Assembly: GCF_009914755.1 (NCBI RefSeq)
Contig: NC_060936.1
Reading direction: 5' to 3' (one strand)
Source: the human T2T-CHM13v2.0 reference genome, Homo sapiens
DNA: 64,000 bases
Each line of letters opens with the position of its first letter. Positions within the stretch are counted from its first letter, which is position 1. The position numbers and the translations under genes were made by a program. Positions 25,990-42,497 of the stretch are shown piece by piece. The notes below the pieces were generated by a model, which saw only the letters and a list, made by a program, of their open reading frames with translations, searched no databases and was not told where the DNA came from.

Positions 25990-27333
25990 TAGGTGAAGTA
26001 AGGCATGCCCCCATAGCTTTTGCATTTTACATGCCTGCAGAATTAGCATCACAAGGACACCAGAAGGTTTTTGGTTTGTACTTTCCACAGTGGCAGGTCA
26101 AGTTGCACCTGAACCCACTTGAGCCATGGCTGGGGTGACCAAGGAGCATTGCACCAGAATCCACAGAGACTCAATGTGGCTCTGGGCAGTGGGTCCATGA
26201 AAACTGACCTAGGCCTGTTCCCTCAAAGCATTTTGCCCTTCTAGAATCTGGGCCTGTGATAGGAGGGGCAGCCTCTAGGAGCTCTGAAATGCCTTTGGGC
26301 ACAGTCTCCTATTGTTTTGATGAATAGCACCTGGCTCCCTTCTATCTGTATTAATCTCCTTAGAAAACAGTCACTTGGCCACACCCTCGACTTGCTCTCC
26401 TGAATATACTTTTTTATTCTCTACATGGCCAGGCTTAAAACTCAAAATCTTTTCATTCTGCATCTCTTTTAATTATAAATTCTGTCTTTAAGTCATGTCT
26501 TCCTTTGCATCTTACTGTATGCTGTTAAAAGTAGCCACACAGCTTCTTCAATATTTTGCTTAGAAATTTTTTTCCACCAGATGTGGTAGCTCATTGCATT
26601 TAAATTCCACCTTCCATAAAGCCCCGGAGCATGGACACAATTTGGTCAAGTTCTTTGCCAGTTTATAACAAAAATGGCCTTTATTCCAGTTTTCAATAAG
26701 TTATCTCTGATTTCCATCTGAGACTTTATCAGAATGGCCTTTACTGTCCATATTTCCACTAACATTTTGATCATGGCCACTTAAGTAATCTCTAAGAAGT
26801 TCCAGACTTTCCCTACAACTTCTCTTGTCTTTTGAGCCCTCACCAAAATTGTCCTTAATGCTCCACTCACAGAAATTTAGACTTTTTCTAGCCTGCTCCT
26901 CTAAATTATTCCTGCCTCTACCCATTACCCAGTTCCAAAACTGTTTCCACATTTTCAGGTATTTGTTATGGCAACAGCCCCACTTCTTGATAGCAATTTT
27001 TTTTTATCTTACTCCATTTTATGCTGTGATAATAGAATAACACAGATTGGAAATTTTATAATAAAAAGCAAGGAATTTCTCACAGTCCTGAAGGCTGGGA
27101 AGTCCACTATCACAGTGCCAGCATCTTTCAAGGGCCTTCTTGCTGTGTCATTCATTGTGGAAGACAGAAAGGTAAGAGAGCAAGAGAGAGCAATAGAAGA
27201 AAGGGGTCAAATGCGTACTTTTATCAAAAACCCACTCCTGAGATAATGAATGCCATTATCTCAGGAGTGGGTTTTTGATATGCTCTCTTAAGTTTCTGAC
27301 ACACAAACCTGATTAACACAGTCAAACCATAGC
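25990..27333 (-). mobile_element. MaLR (MST-type) 5' LTR (~27005-27333) plus truncated internal region
   Basis: LTR ends in CAAACCATAGCA. Internal sequence CCTCTACCCATTACCCAGTTCCAAAACTGTTTCCACATTTTCAGGTAT is typical of MST/THE1 internal regions. Confidence 0.82.
27222..27280. repeat. Perfect 27-bp inverted repeat with 5-nt loop
   Basis: TATCAAAAACCCACTCCTGAGATAATG-aatgc-CATTATCTCAGGAGTGGGTTTTTGATA; the arms are exact reverse complements. Confidence 0.97.
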
Positions 27334-29313
27334 AGGTGGCTATGAATATATTAGACAATCAGAGCATTGCTTGTCAGGGCAGACCTTTATTATAGCTGTA
27401 TGTATTGTTTTATAACCCCTACTTGATTGTAAGCCCCTTAAAGACACAATCGTGTTCCATTTGTCTTTGCATCCTCCATAGACAGTAGCTTAGTATCTGG
27501 CACAGAGTATATGCTCAATAAAAATATATTAACATGTGCCCAGATTATACCCTGAATATAACCCCGATCCCTCCCAACAAAATAATGTGAAGTATAATCT
27601 GGCATTGGTTATTCTTCATGGTGGTTATTTATTACCCCTGTTATCAGTAACAGTTACGTTAAAATAGAGTTTCACTATTTCATATATAATTCTAGCCAGA
27701 AGGGTACAAAGCTGCAACCAAAGGTAGGGTGGAGGTGGGGGTAGTTTGTCATTTGCTTTTTTTATCCACTATAAAATATGTTGTAAACAGTTTTATAAGA
27801 TTTCACCAGAGCCTAGTGCCCCTGCATACATAAGAAATGCTGAAGTAATTACCAAGTGATGTTTTAAATGTAGGAAAAAAAATTTCAGGGTGGAGCAAGA
27901 ATGTGAAGCAAAGTTTCTATCTTAGGTCTCCTAAGCATATTTCTAGTCTAACTCTGACTTGGCAGCCATCCAGAGGGGCCACATTAAGATGTAGATGACA
28001 TTTTTTAAAACAGAGATTTACTAACATATTTTCTGTTTTATGTTTTTCTCTCTCAGTAATTTGTTGTTTCCTCTTTTTTTATGTCTTCTGGATTGTATTT
28101 CCAGGTAGCATTCCTATCTTCATATAAAACAAAACATTTTTGTTTTTATTGTCTTTAATACTATTCTCCTGGAATATTTTTATCATTAGGTTCTTTCTCA
28201 TATTCTTCTTCCATTAAGTTCCGAGTTTATACTCTACAAGATTTCTTTATTTCTCTAGCACAAATTATTCATAACTGTACTTTGTCATACATATTTTTAT
28301 ATGTGCATATTTCTTTTAGTAATGATTCTTTCCTGAAAAGAATACCAATAAAGATAAGTCCATAAAAAATGTAAAATGTTTATGTAAAATCTCATTTTAC
28401 TTTCAAAACACTTATCAAATATGAATGCTTTCACCCCAAAGAAAATGATTTATTTGCTTTTCCTGCATGATTACCTCAGTATGTGAAAAGAGAAACACAA
28501 AATCATTTTGTTAGACATTTAGTTTGAAATTTTTTCATTAGAAACATTGCTGCTTGAACTGAAAGAATGAGAAGAATGAATGTTACATGCCCAGTAAGAA
28601 TTTTTGAAACAGCATTAACTTATGTTTAAATTAGAATAATTCTAGTGTAAAACATTAACAAATTAAATAAATGAATATTTTGCCTTTCTACTGGAAAAAT
28701 AAATCAGGATGAATTCTTCAGACAGTTCTATTTCAGTATATGATCCATCAGTTTTAACCTCTTCTGTTGACTTGATAAATTATATACATAGTTTCCATAT
28801 TAAATGTTTTGTTACCCAAGAAATTCAGGTTCCTGTGACATAGCTCTCCAATGTTATACATAATGTATCACCACCACTAGTCTTGATTTCTATTCAGCAA
28901 GTCTTTGTCACAAAGCATCCATACAGTTAACAGAGATAAACATATTTACCCAAAGCTTTACATACTACCCTGAATTTTCCATAATGAAAACATTAATAGC
29001 CCAAATGGCATTCTATTTTATCACTAAATGTTCTTCTCGTCTATTATTTGCCGTTTAAGCAACACTGATCATGTGCATCAACTAATATCATCAACATACA
29101 GAGAGCCCTTAACAAATCTCAGTATCACACACCATCTGTGCATTGCTCCTGCAGGATTCTGTAGGAGCTAACAATATATTTTAGAGTAAGAACTACCCTT
29201 GTGGTTGAAAATCTCTCTTTAAAAAATCATTTTCTGTGTTTATTTGGGAACAAGGACTTGTGATGTTCAACAGCATCATTTGCTTTCATTTTAGGCAATA
29301 ATTTTCTTTCCTA

Positions 29314-29587
29314 TTTTTTTTTGTTTAAGATGGTGGCTCGCTCTGTCGCCCAGGATGGAGTGCAGCAGTACAATCTCGGCTCGCTGCAACCTCGCCTCCC
29401 ACGTTCAAGAGATTCTTCTGCCTCAGCCTCTGGAGTAGCTGGGACTATAGGCACATGCCACATCTCCCAGCTAATTTTTGAATGTGTAGTAGATAATGGT
29501 GTTTCACCGCGTTGCGCAGGCCAGTCTCAAACTCCTGACCTCAAGTCAAAGTGCTGGGATTACAGGTATGAGCCACCGTGGCTGGCC
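29314..29587 (-). mobile_element. Alu (diverged, internal deletion)
   Basis: Reverse Alu motifs CTCGCTCTGTCGCCCAGG...CAAAGTGCTGGGATTACAGG. Confidence 0.9.
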
Positions 29588-30926
29588 AAAAAATAATCTT
29601 TTTTCTTTTCAGGCTCCAAGCCAAGTGACTTTAAATGTAGAACACAAGTTATTTTATAACAGCCTAAAGTAGAAGCACAGGTAGTAACTGAGCCTGGCCT
29701 TCAGCTTTCTCACTTATATTTAGAGTAGAAAGATGTGGTGAAAGAATTGGACACCCTTACTTTTTCTTTCTATTTTGTTCTCTGAAGGGAAGGTTTCCCT
29801 CTTAGTACTCAGCAGTTTTCAGAAATTTGGTCCTCCTAGTAACTCAGGAACCCACAGACTCCCTACCTCTGGTTTTGTTGTTCCTAAGGACCCACACTGC
29901 TTTTTTTTCTCTTTTCTTTCTCTGCCTCACTGTAATATTCGACCAGAAAGGACAATGTCTACATCCATGATAAAAAGGGAGGTTAATGCTAAAATTATTT
30001 GTTGAAATTTGTATTTGGACTCCATGATATCTAATAAAATGGAAACAGACATTAAAAGCTAGTCGTGAAGAAAAACTAAGGTCTTAGATATATACTAGCA
30101 GCAAACTGACTGAGAATAAAAAGTTTGACTCAGCTCAACACATTTGGCTAGGAGGTAGAACCATTGATTTCTCATTTATCATCCTCCCAGTCTTCCTGCA
30201 GCCTATGGCAAACTGGGGAGACCAAATTTTGCAGTCCCCCGCCCTCTCAAACCACCTCAAGCTGGATCTGGTACCTTTGCTCCCATTTTGCTTATCCCTA
30301 TGGGAGCACTGCCTTTGTCTTTACTTTACTAGAATATACACTTCTGTAGGACAAGAGTTGTATCTTGTTCATTCATTCATTTATAAAATATTAAGTGAAT
30401 GTCTACTAGGTACCAGTCACTGTATCAGGTATTGGGAGTATAACAGCAAACACACATACACAAGTCCCTGCCTTCATGCAGTGTAAGAGGCTCAGTGTTG
30501 TGTTCCCTTTCTCAGACCTTCTTGATCAGGTGTTTTCCTTGCTTTGATGGCTCTTGTGCCCTCAAGGTTTTTACTCCCTGACCCTGTTCCAATCCAGTCT
30601 TACTTAGTGCCTGGTGGTCAATAACTATGTGTTGAATTGAATAACTGTTTCTCTGCATTCAATGGAGATGTGGTCTATAATATTCCTTGAGTTAGAAAGA
30701 TAACAATACACTGTTGTGGGACCCATTCATAGGTAATGTGGGACCTGAAAAGAGAGAATGACTTTTGGGGGTGACTTAGGTGTGGCAAGCAGAAGGAGTG
30801 GCATAGGGTCATGGTGACATGGCCTGTGCCTGTCCAAGATGGGCTCAGTGTCTTCACTGAGCAGAGATGGGGCTGGTGGCATAGAAGAGGAATTTGAGAA
30901 GTACCAGGAAACTCCCTTTCACTGCC

Positions 30927-31379
30927 TGTCTTAGTCCATTGGATGTTACTGGAAAGGAAGACCTGAAGCTGGGTAATTTATCAAGAAAAGAGGTTTAGCT
31001 CATGGTTCTGTAGGCTATACGAGAAGCATGCCAGTATCTGCTTGTCTTCTGTTGAGGGTTTTTGTGTTGGGTCAAAGCATGACAGAGAAGGTAAAAGGGG
31101 AAGTGGGCATGAGTCAGTGGGACCAAACCTGAGGGTTGTCCTGGCTTTATAGCAACACATTCTTGCAGAACTAATCTATTCCCCCAGAGAACCAGTTTGA
31201 TCTCAAGAGAGTGAGCACTCACTCACTACCCTAAGAACAGCACCAAGCCGTTCATGAGGGTCCACCCCCATGATTCAAAAACCTCCCACTAAGCTTCATC
31301 TCCCAACATTGCCACACTGGGGATCATATTTTAATATGAGATTTCACAGGAACAGACAAACCACATCCAAACCATAGCA
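30927..31379 (-). mobile_element. MaLR solo LTR (MST family)
   Basis: TGTCTTAGTCCATT...CCAAACCATAGCA, 453 bp; perfect TSD CTGCC (30922-30926 / 31380-31384). Confidence 0.88.
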
Positions 31380-31781
31380 CTGCCTAAATGTGTAAGCTGA
31401 AAAGAGGTAGGCAGAGGTCAATGAGCTGGTTGTAAATAGGTAGGCCACTCTAAGAGACGCAAATGTTTGTCTTAAAGTAATGGAAAATCTCTTATCCTGC
31501 CAGGATTACATCTTCTGGCTGGGAATGGAGGTAAAGGGAAGAGGGTGGCAGAGCTAAGCAATAGACCGTGAGGCTCTCCTAAAAAATAAAGAGTAGAGGG
31601 CTATTCTAAAGATAAATAAAACAGGGATGGGGATGAGGGAACTCCGCAATGGGGCAGAAGGCTATGACTAAGGTGAGAAATGGCTTTTAGGCCCTTGGGG
31701 GACCCATGTATAGGGCCTTGGGTCTGTAGACTCTGAGAGTTACCAGCTCCAGCATCCAGTTTTAAGCTTTCTGTACCGTTA

Positions 31782-32111
<330 letters not shown>

Positions 32112-33185
32112 TTAAAAACAAGTAAGATACATATTTAACATAGTCGTACTAGCAAAACAAACAAACAAACAAACAAAAAAGGACACCAGGGATTTTTAGT
32201 ATAAAATATGGTATATAGCCATCTAAGAATGCCATATGACCATTGAGAATGGTGATATAAAAGTATATTTATTATAAGTGTTTTCAATATATTGTTAAGT
32301 GAAAATAATAGATTATAAAATTGTATGATCCTATTTTTATAATGAGAAATATTTACACATGTGTATGGAAAAAGTTTAGAAGGCTATTTATTAAACTACT
32401 AAGGATGAATATGATGAATTTGGTGGGTGGTGAAATGAAGTTTTTAATTATTAAAAAATTTTAACAATAAGTTTGTTACTTTTCAAATAATAAAACAACG
32501 CATGGCTTATAAAAATGGAAAGAAAAAGCAAAGGAAATGGGAAATAAGAATTACTCTTAAAGGGCTTTGTAATCTTTATAGCAGCCAATTTTGGGGGTTC
32601 CCTTACATGTATCCATTTTTTTTCCTCAAAGCGATTAGGAATGAAATCCTTAACACAAAATACGTCTTACTTAGTCAAGCTACACATATTTACTGAGCAC
32701 CTACTTGGTGCAGGTACCATGTTAAATGCTCAGAGCACACAAGTACCTCCTCTTACTGAATTGGGAGCCTAAGAGTAGAACCATCAAGTGGTTTGCCACC
32801 ATCTATCCCATAATGGAGCTGCACACGGCCCAGCTTTGGAATCAGGCAGAAGTGGGTATAGCTGTTTTGCCTAGGAAGCCACCAAGTGAAGAACTCAGTT
32901 GCTGTGGTTGAGGCCTCATGACATCCACTGGTGCATAAACTCCTCTGACCTACTTTCTAGCATGATACTCCTTGGCTTTTCTTGTCTGGGCACCAGGAGG
33001 TTGTTTTTGGGGATTTTTTTAGCTGTCACAACTCCTTTTATTCAAGTTCTTCTTCCCTCTAAGCCTAACTATCCAGTAAGAGAGTTTCTCCTTATTACCT
33101 TCTTTAAATGAGCATCTACTCACTGAGAGCAATTTTTAAAGTGATGCAAGTTAGATGATAATGGCTAGTGAATGGGAGATTTTTA

Positions 33186-33186
<1 letters not shown>

Positions 33187-33217
<31 letters not shown>
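33187..33217. repeat. (TG)15 microsatellite
   Basis: Uninterrupted TG dinucleotide run. Confidence 0.97.
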
Positions 33218-33219
<2 letters not shown>

Positions 33220-33671
33220 GGGCCATGGGGGTGAGATGCAGGGGCTCACTCGCAGCAGCATTCCTCAATGACTCGCCCATCACAAGGTCAGTCCTGCCCC
33301 TAGAGCAGTAAACCTCTGTACTATGTGCTGATTGAAGATCTTTATGAAGACAATGCCTGACAATACATTTGATTAATTAATGATACCTACCATTCTATTT
33401 CCCAGGGGCATCCAAGGAGAAAGAGGCATTTACTTATTCATTCAATACACATTTATTGTGCACTATTTTATGGTAGGCATTGGGTTGAGTGGCAAAGACA
33501 GAACAGTGAACAAAATAGGCAACACCCCTGGTCTTAAAAAGTATGCAACCTACCAGCAAAATAAAAGACCCCATCTGCGTAATGGTTTCTGTCTTTTTAT
33601 AAATCCCATTACACCCACTAGAAAGGCAGCAAAGCATAGGCTCTTTGCATTAAGATTAAGACAGAACTGGG

Positions 33672-33983
33672 GGCTGGACACAGTGGCTTATGCTTGTAAT
33701 CCCAACATTTTTGGAGGCTTAGGCAGGAGAATTGCTTGAGCCCAAGAGTTTGAGGCCAGCCGGGCTAACATAGGGAGACCTCATCTCTATAAAAAAAAAA
33801 AATTACAAAAATTGTCTGGGCATGATGGGTATGTGCCTGTACGCAGAGCTACTTGGGAGGCTGAGGTGGGAGGATTGATTGAGCCCAGGAGCTAGAGGCT
33901 GCATTGACCCAAGATCTTGCCACTGCACTCCAGGCTTGGTGATAGACCAAGACCCCATTTAAAATTTTTAAAATTTTTTAAAA
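33672..33983 (+). mobile_element. AluJ
   Basis: GCTTGAGCCCAAGAGTTTGAGG and GGAGGATTGATTGAGCCCAGGAG; flanking repeat AGAACTGGG. Confidence 0.88.
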
Positions 33984-34041
33984 GAACTGGGTTTATTTCA
34001 GGCCCAATGATTTTTTTTTCAGATTCTATGTTTTAGAAATT

Positions 34042-34176
34042 TATTTTATTTTATTTATTTATTTTTTTTGAGACAGAGTCTCCCTCTGTTGCGCAGACTG
34101 GAGTGCAATGGCGTGATCTTGGCTCACTGCAACCTCCGCCTCCCGGGTTTTAAGCGATTCTCCTGCCTCAGCCTCC
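34042..34176 (-). mobile_element. 5'-truncated Alu (right arm)
   Basis: Poly(T)-GAGACAGAGTCTC...CCTGCCTCAGCCTCC; TSD TTAGAAATT (34033-34041 / 34177-34185). Confidence 0.9.
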
Positions 34177-34816
34177 TTAGAAATTCATTTTTTAACCAAA
34201 TTTTTCTTCTAAGAATTTCCATTTACAAAGAAAACATTTTTATTTTTAAAATAAGCTTTATATTTTACAGCAGTTTTACATTTACATAAAAATTGTGAAA
34301 ACAATACTGTCCTGTGATTTTAGTTATGTGAACTTTTGAGAGAAGACTCAACCTATTTAAGCCTCAGTTTTCTTATCTGTGAAATGGGAAATATAGATTT
34401 GTTTTCATCGGTTTTGTTTTCAGAATTAGAAATACTATATATAAAACATCTGTATTGGGTAAGTGTTCAGTCAATGTTAGCTCTTCCCTATTGCCCTCCA
34501 GCCGTATTGCTGGGTTCTGCTAAAGCCTGTTGTCATTCCTGGATGTACAGGTCAGTCATTTATGGACTTTCAATCTCTGTGTCATCTGCCCAAGGGACAC
34601 TTGGGCAGTGGCCACATTTAGTGACCTGATTATACTCTGTTTAGGATCAGAGTCATGCCAGTGTTAAAAAAAGAAAAATCCTACTCTAGGAATTAATGAC
34701 TATGTAACCGTTAAATCACAGTCATTCTTTTAAATGACTGACATACTTATTAGGCAGAAAGAATGTAGAATCACAAACCTTCATATTCTCCAGCATGCTG
34801 CTCCACAGCCAGCTGA

Positions 34817-35185
<369 letters not shown>

Positions 35186-35300
35186 TAAAAAAGATTTTTA
35201 AGAGTATTACCTGTAATGTTTCAGGCTATGTTGATAAAATGTGCATGACTAAATCACAATGTGTGTGTTAAAAAAATCAATTTTTATTTTACTTTTGTAA

Positions 35301-35679
<379 letters not shown>

Positions 35680-37102
35680 CTCATTATTATTTTTATGAGC
35701 AACATGTTTTGGAACAGTATGCCAACAATATGCCAACACCATGCCTAGTGCTGTACACGTATTTCCTCATATAATTCTCGCTACAGCTCAAGGAGGTAGG
35801 TGCTGTTACCATATCCACTAAACAGATGTCAACGCTGATACTGAGTTTGATTTCAGAGCCTGTGCTTTTAACCTCTACACATGATTGTGTTATAAAGTTT
35901 GATTCAACAAATACTTCTGAGCTAGGAATTGGTGGTAACAATTCTGCTAGGTGTTAGCTGGCTCTGGGAATAGTGGAGAACAAGACAGACACAAACCCTA
36001 CCTTCACACAGTTTACAATGCAGAGGGCAGACAGACAATTAGGAAGTAATTTCAATGAAGTTTGATAAGTATTACAATGGGAGAAGAACAGGGTGTTAGG
36101 AGAGTAGAGTGAAAGTAGAATTTTATACCAGCTGAGGTCTCTAAGTTGCTCTGAAACTTACTGCATTCCACAGAGAAATTTGGGTTGTTGATTATATGTC
36201 ATTTAGTTCAGCAACATATAATCCTTTAACATCTCAGTAGTTCTTTCTCTTCCCTCTCTCTCTGTTTCTCCTTTTCTCTTCTCTTTTTATGCCCCAATTA
36301 ATTATATGTTTGGTTTCTTCCCTGTTGCTCAATAATATATTAATATTCTGGAATTCAAATTTCTGTCTTTTTGTTTGTAACTGGGAAAAAAGGGAGATTA
36401 TTCAGAATTACTTTTTTCTCTTATACAAAGGAAGAAAAAATACTTGGTAAAGTTTGAGGCCAAGCACTGAGACCCTTTTAAGAAAACATCTAATTCAACC
36501 TTTTTCTCAGAAGACAGTTTTACCATCCAACAATACTTCTTAGTTCAAACATTTATTGAATTTTTAAACATCAATCAATTCCTATTAAACAATATTGAGT
36601 TATGTAAAATGAGTCAGAAATATGTACATTACATTTCCCTTGAGACCTTTTGAATGTTAAGAAGACAAGTTCTTTTAGAAAATCATTTTGTTTTTGCCAA
36701 GCCCGTAATATTTAAAAAATAATTTGAAATATTTTGTGAAGCCCCATATCCCAAGAGATTCATCCATCTCTCCCAAATTATGAGAACATGTGTTTTATTT
36801 CCACACCTAAATTTATCCAATTTGGGCTTTCTCTTAGAATTAAAAAACCTTTAAAGCAAGAGGGGAAAAAGCTACCAAACTGAAAATCCAAACCAACTGT
36901 GACTCTTGGATTTGAGAGTTAGTCTGCAATTTCTGCTTTTGCTCATAGAAGCTCTTTTAAAATCCTGATAAGCACACTCTGTGGAGCTCCCATTATGTTC
37001 CAGGTGCCGTGCAAGCTTCTTTCAATATTGTGTTAATTTGATTCTTTCAGAGTGCAAAGAACAGAGAAATGACCACTTGGCTCAATTAATGCAGGTTTAT
37101 TA

Positions 37103-37525
<423 letters not shown>

Positions 37526-37858
37526 CTAGTAGTATAACTTATCCCCTGGTGACCTCACACAAACTCTTGGCTCCTTGCCATGCACATGACTCAGCTCTTC
37601 TGTCTCCATTTCTCTGTACCTGCTTATTTTTCCAACCATTGCTACTGACTGTACTCACTCACTTTCTCTCTGCCTCATGGCTTTGCTACATGGCTGTCTT
37701 CCCTCTCTCCACTTCTGCATTTACCCAATGCTGACCCCTCCTTGGATGTTTCCTACTCAGACCCTATAAGACAGAAGAAAGGGCTCTCCTCTTGCGCCAG
37801 GCTTCATCATAGGCCATTGGTCATCAGGTCATGTTTAATTAGTAGGGTGACAGGGCAA

Positions 37859-37881
37859 ACAACAACAACAACAACAACAAC
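37859..37881. repeat. (AAC)n microsatellite, ~8 units
   Basis: ACAACAACAACAACAACAACAAC. Confidence 0.9.
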
Positions 37882-38632
37882 GGGGAACCTCTCTCAAAAA
37901 ACCACTCTGATGCTTTTCAGTTTCAGAAGAGAGCAATGAAGCTGGCTAGGAGCCATAAAGGCCTGCACATAGTTTGTTATTTAACTTTGAAACTAAACAA
38001 ATGTGCAGTGTTTACATAGAGTAAACTCTACCATCATTATCATTGTCATCACCACCGCCATATCTACCTTATATAATATCTACAGCCTCACAAACGTTAT
38101 CTTACAAAAATGTGTCACTCTGGTTTGTCAAGTATTCTTGTTTATAGAGAATGGTTTGGTACACTAAATGAGGATTGTTGATTTTAGAAAAACTAGGACA
38201 AGACGGCATGAAGGCAAAACGCAGTCATTTTCAAATGGGGGGGTATTGCAGGGCAGAGGGAGGCAGAGACAGAGAGGGAAGTGAAGCAGCAAAGCCAGCC
38301 GCACAAGCAGAACATCCAGGAGTTTATCTGTTTTATACTTTTCATATGAACAGAAGGTTTTCCTATTGGAAAAGATTCCATAGCTTAACAAAAAGTTTGA
38401 AAACTCTTGTTAGAGATACGTGTTCAAATCCCAGGTGCCCCTCTTTCTTGCCATGTCAAAATGCCTAAGTTAATTACTTTCTTTTGCCAGTCCTTCTTTG
38501 TTTAAAAAATGGACATAATGGTAACTCCTTCATAGGTTTGATGTGTGGATCTAAAGAAATATAGCATACAATGCATGGGGATTATTGTACCTAGGTAAAT
38601 GTTAGCTCCAGTCTACACTAAATACTAAACAG

Positions 38633-38932
<300 letters not shown>

Positions 38933-40404
38933 TCATGACTTAATCTTTCATTGCTGATTTAGAGGAATTTTCAGCAGCATTAAATAAAATGCTGGCTGAG
39001 ATTTACATATGGTGTTTGCTGTAGAAATATTTATGTTATAGCTATTTAAATACACTTTTATTGTAAAAATCCAGTGTTTTGGAAATTTTTCATTATAGGA
39101 TCAAATAATTAGGAAGAACATAAGGAAGAGACATTACCTTATTCGATTATTCAATTCCTTAACTAAAATATAATTTAGTTGTAATTTAAATCATAATTCC
39201 TTGAAAAAGATTGTTTTTCAAATATAAGGTATTATCTGTTTTATAACTCTGGCTCACTCCTGGTTTCTATGCACTTTTTCTTAACAGCATTTTAAGACAT
39301 TAATTTTACCTTATTGATAATGCTTCCTTTTTGAAATCTTTCCAGCAGTGAAATTACCATGCAAAGTATAACTTCAAGTGTCAAGAACGCAAACATGACT
39401 AAAAATATATTGCTTTACACATACAACAAGTGTATGTGTTTCTGTTTTACTGGTTTAGAAGATGTGTCACTTGAATATTCAAAATTCAGTGACTTTCTCA
39501 ATTTCGGAGAATTTTAGGATGTAGTTGTTCAAGGCGCTTATTTGATAGATAAGGGAAATCAAGTGCCAAGAAGTTACATGATGGTACACCACCACTCAGG
39601 CTAGGGCCATGACCCATCATCGATCTGCTGGTTCTTAGCGCTCTGCCTCACATCAAGACCAGTGGAACAGCCACCTGCATCATTTGCTGAGTAAGCATTT
39701 GAACGTGAAATTGGATGGACCCTAAAAGAAAGTATGAACCAATTATCAAAACTAGAAAACTTGAAGGATAAAAGTAAAAAAAAAAAAAAAGAAAGAAAGA
39801 AAGAAAAAAATTAATGCTATTTAACGAGCCTAAAACACCACATGAAAACTTTAAAAAAATTGTACTGTATTTGTGTAATATTCTGCATCAAGGTAAAAAT
39901 CCAATCTTCTAGTAGAGAAGCCAATTAAAAAATTCAATGATTAGAGTCCTCTTTAGACGATAATAGCAGAAATCCTCACTCATTAGTTTAGAGAAAGTCT
40001 TGCCTTCATTATATTAACCAGTGGGAAAATGTGTTTAAATTTCTACAAGAAGTTAATATTTATTTTTCTATGAGTAACAGTGACTGAGATTTAATATGTT
40101 TAAGTAAGTGTCAATATAGAATCTTAATTAAACTAACAGATTATTCTTTGTCAGATTATTCTTTGTCATGAAATGCAATTTGAATGAATCAATTGGCTAT
40201 TTTTCATCTATTGTAAGACATTAGTTTCTATGATGGTTAATGCTAATATGTATAACCAGGTAAGTGTTTAAAGCAGATAGGAAATTGGAGTACCGGGTAG
40301 CCCTGGCTGCCCACTTAGTCACTACCATCTCTCTGGGAAATAACCATTTTATTGTATTAGGATTCTCACTCTACTTTTTCTCTTTTGTAATATTCCTACA
40401 ACGT

Positions 40405-41390
40405 TGTATGACTTATTGTTATATAGGTAAAAAATATTCTTGGGGCAAAACATGACCCCCAAATCTAGTGGCTTAAAATAAACAATAAACATTTATTATT
40501 TCCTACAGTTTCTGTGGGAAGGGACTGTGAGGGTGGCTTGGCAATTGATCCTGAATTGGTGTCTCATGAGATTAGGATCATTCAAAGAGTTCACTAGAGT
40601 TAGAAAGTCTGCTTCCAAGGTGCTCACTCACATGGTGGCTTGTTGACACTGGCTGTTAGCACTTGGCCTTAGTTCCTTTCCATGTGGGTCTCTTCATGAG
40701 ATTACCTGAGTGTCTCTACAACATGGCAGCCAGCTTTCTCATCTGCAAGCAATCCAAGAGACCAAGATGAAGCCTCAGTACTCTCTGAGACTAGCTTCAG
40801 TAGTCACACACCGTCATTTCCACATTTGCATTTAGTCAATCAGGGTTCTACACAAGGATATAACTACCAGAGTTGAGGACCATTGGCTGCTATCTTATAG
40901 CCTGGCTATCAGAAAGACAATGTATTAGCCAGGGCTCTTTTTGGTTCTTAAATGACAGAAGCACAACTCAAACTTACTTAGACAAAGGAGAACTTATTGG
41001 CTCACATAACTAAATTGTCATTAGAGGTGACATGTATGTATGCCTTGGATATTAATGAAACTAGATGCCCTGAGAACTCTCTGTCCATTCCATGCATATA
41101 CTACTCTTTGCATGTCAGTGGTATGCTCTCAAACTGCCTGCTTCCACGTGGCCATCTTATGGTGGGGTCTATCCTTTTCACTTTTGCCTTCAGAGAAGAA
41201 CTGACTCTTTTCCATGAATTCCAGTTAGAAAAGTCCTGGAGAAAAACTCTCATTGGCCCAACCTGCTCATGTGATCTCTCCAGTGGTCATTGGTTTGGGT
41301 ACTATGCTGTCTGTTCCCCCAGAATCATCTAATTAGACTTCAAGGCAGAGAAGTTTCCTAAAGTAAGTAGTGCTATTCCCAGAAGAAGGG
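40405..41390 (-). mobile_element. Two adjacent old MaLR LTRs (MLT1-type; ~40405-40910 and ~40921-41390)
   Basis: CCCCCAAATCTAGTGGCTTAAAATAAACAATAAACATTTATT..CAGTTTCTGTGGG and TGTATTAGCCAGGGCTCTTTTTGGTT...CAACTCAAAC, typical MLT1 ends. Confidence 0.6.
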
Positions 41391-42181
41391 AAGGATTGGG
41401 AGACAATTAATAATAGTGGTCTATGAAAATTAAATATCATCAGTTACATAAAAACTGAGCACTTTGGCACCTTTATTTTTTCACTACTCTGCTGTGAGCA
41501 GGCAACAAATACCTCTCCTCCCTGCCACAATTTCCTGTTACTAAATTTTACCATGAATATACTGTTTTTTCTTTATCAGGTACAATCTTTTTTAAACAAA
41601 AAAGCCTTTTAAATTCTATTTCAAAGGTTTGTTTTAAAAGCTATAGATTATACATTAGTTTAATTTGATATCAGTGTGATTTGCAAATGTTTCAAATGAA
41701 CAGTGCAGGTGCTGACTAATTTGATGTTAACAAAAGATAATTATAATGGTAAAAGCAACAAACAGAACATTTGAAATCTGGAAGAAGATGAGATTTGAAG
41801 AAAATGCTAAGGACATCAAAATTGGTTCTCTATCTACATATTTATAATATTTGATGTAAGAAGATATCACATGTATACCCACTAACATATATCTATATAC
41901 TTAAATATGTTTTTACAAATACATACATATTTATGTGCTGTATACACATATGTTTACATATGGGTGTACATGCATGTATGTTTACATATATGTGTGTGTG
42001 TACACATATAATCCTACAGTGTATTCAGAACAGACAAACAAGGAAGAGATATACTCACTGCTGACACTATATGGTGAAATATTAATGGTCTAAAAAAAAC
42101 AGAACTCCTCAAATCCTCCTTCTTTCTTCTACATAGAGAACACTGAACTGTCAACTGGAAAATGTAGATCAATCGTTGCTA

Positions 42182-42497
<316 letters not shown>

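Noticed and set aside
26701-27246. ORFs MWKQFWNWVMG... and neighbours
   Set aside because: Degenerate MaLR internal and LTR sequence.
41860-42012. Alternating purine-pyrimidine (TA/CA/TG) stretch
   Set aside because: Degenerate low-complexity microsatellite with no regular unit or spacer structure.
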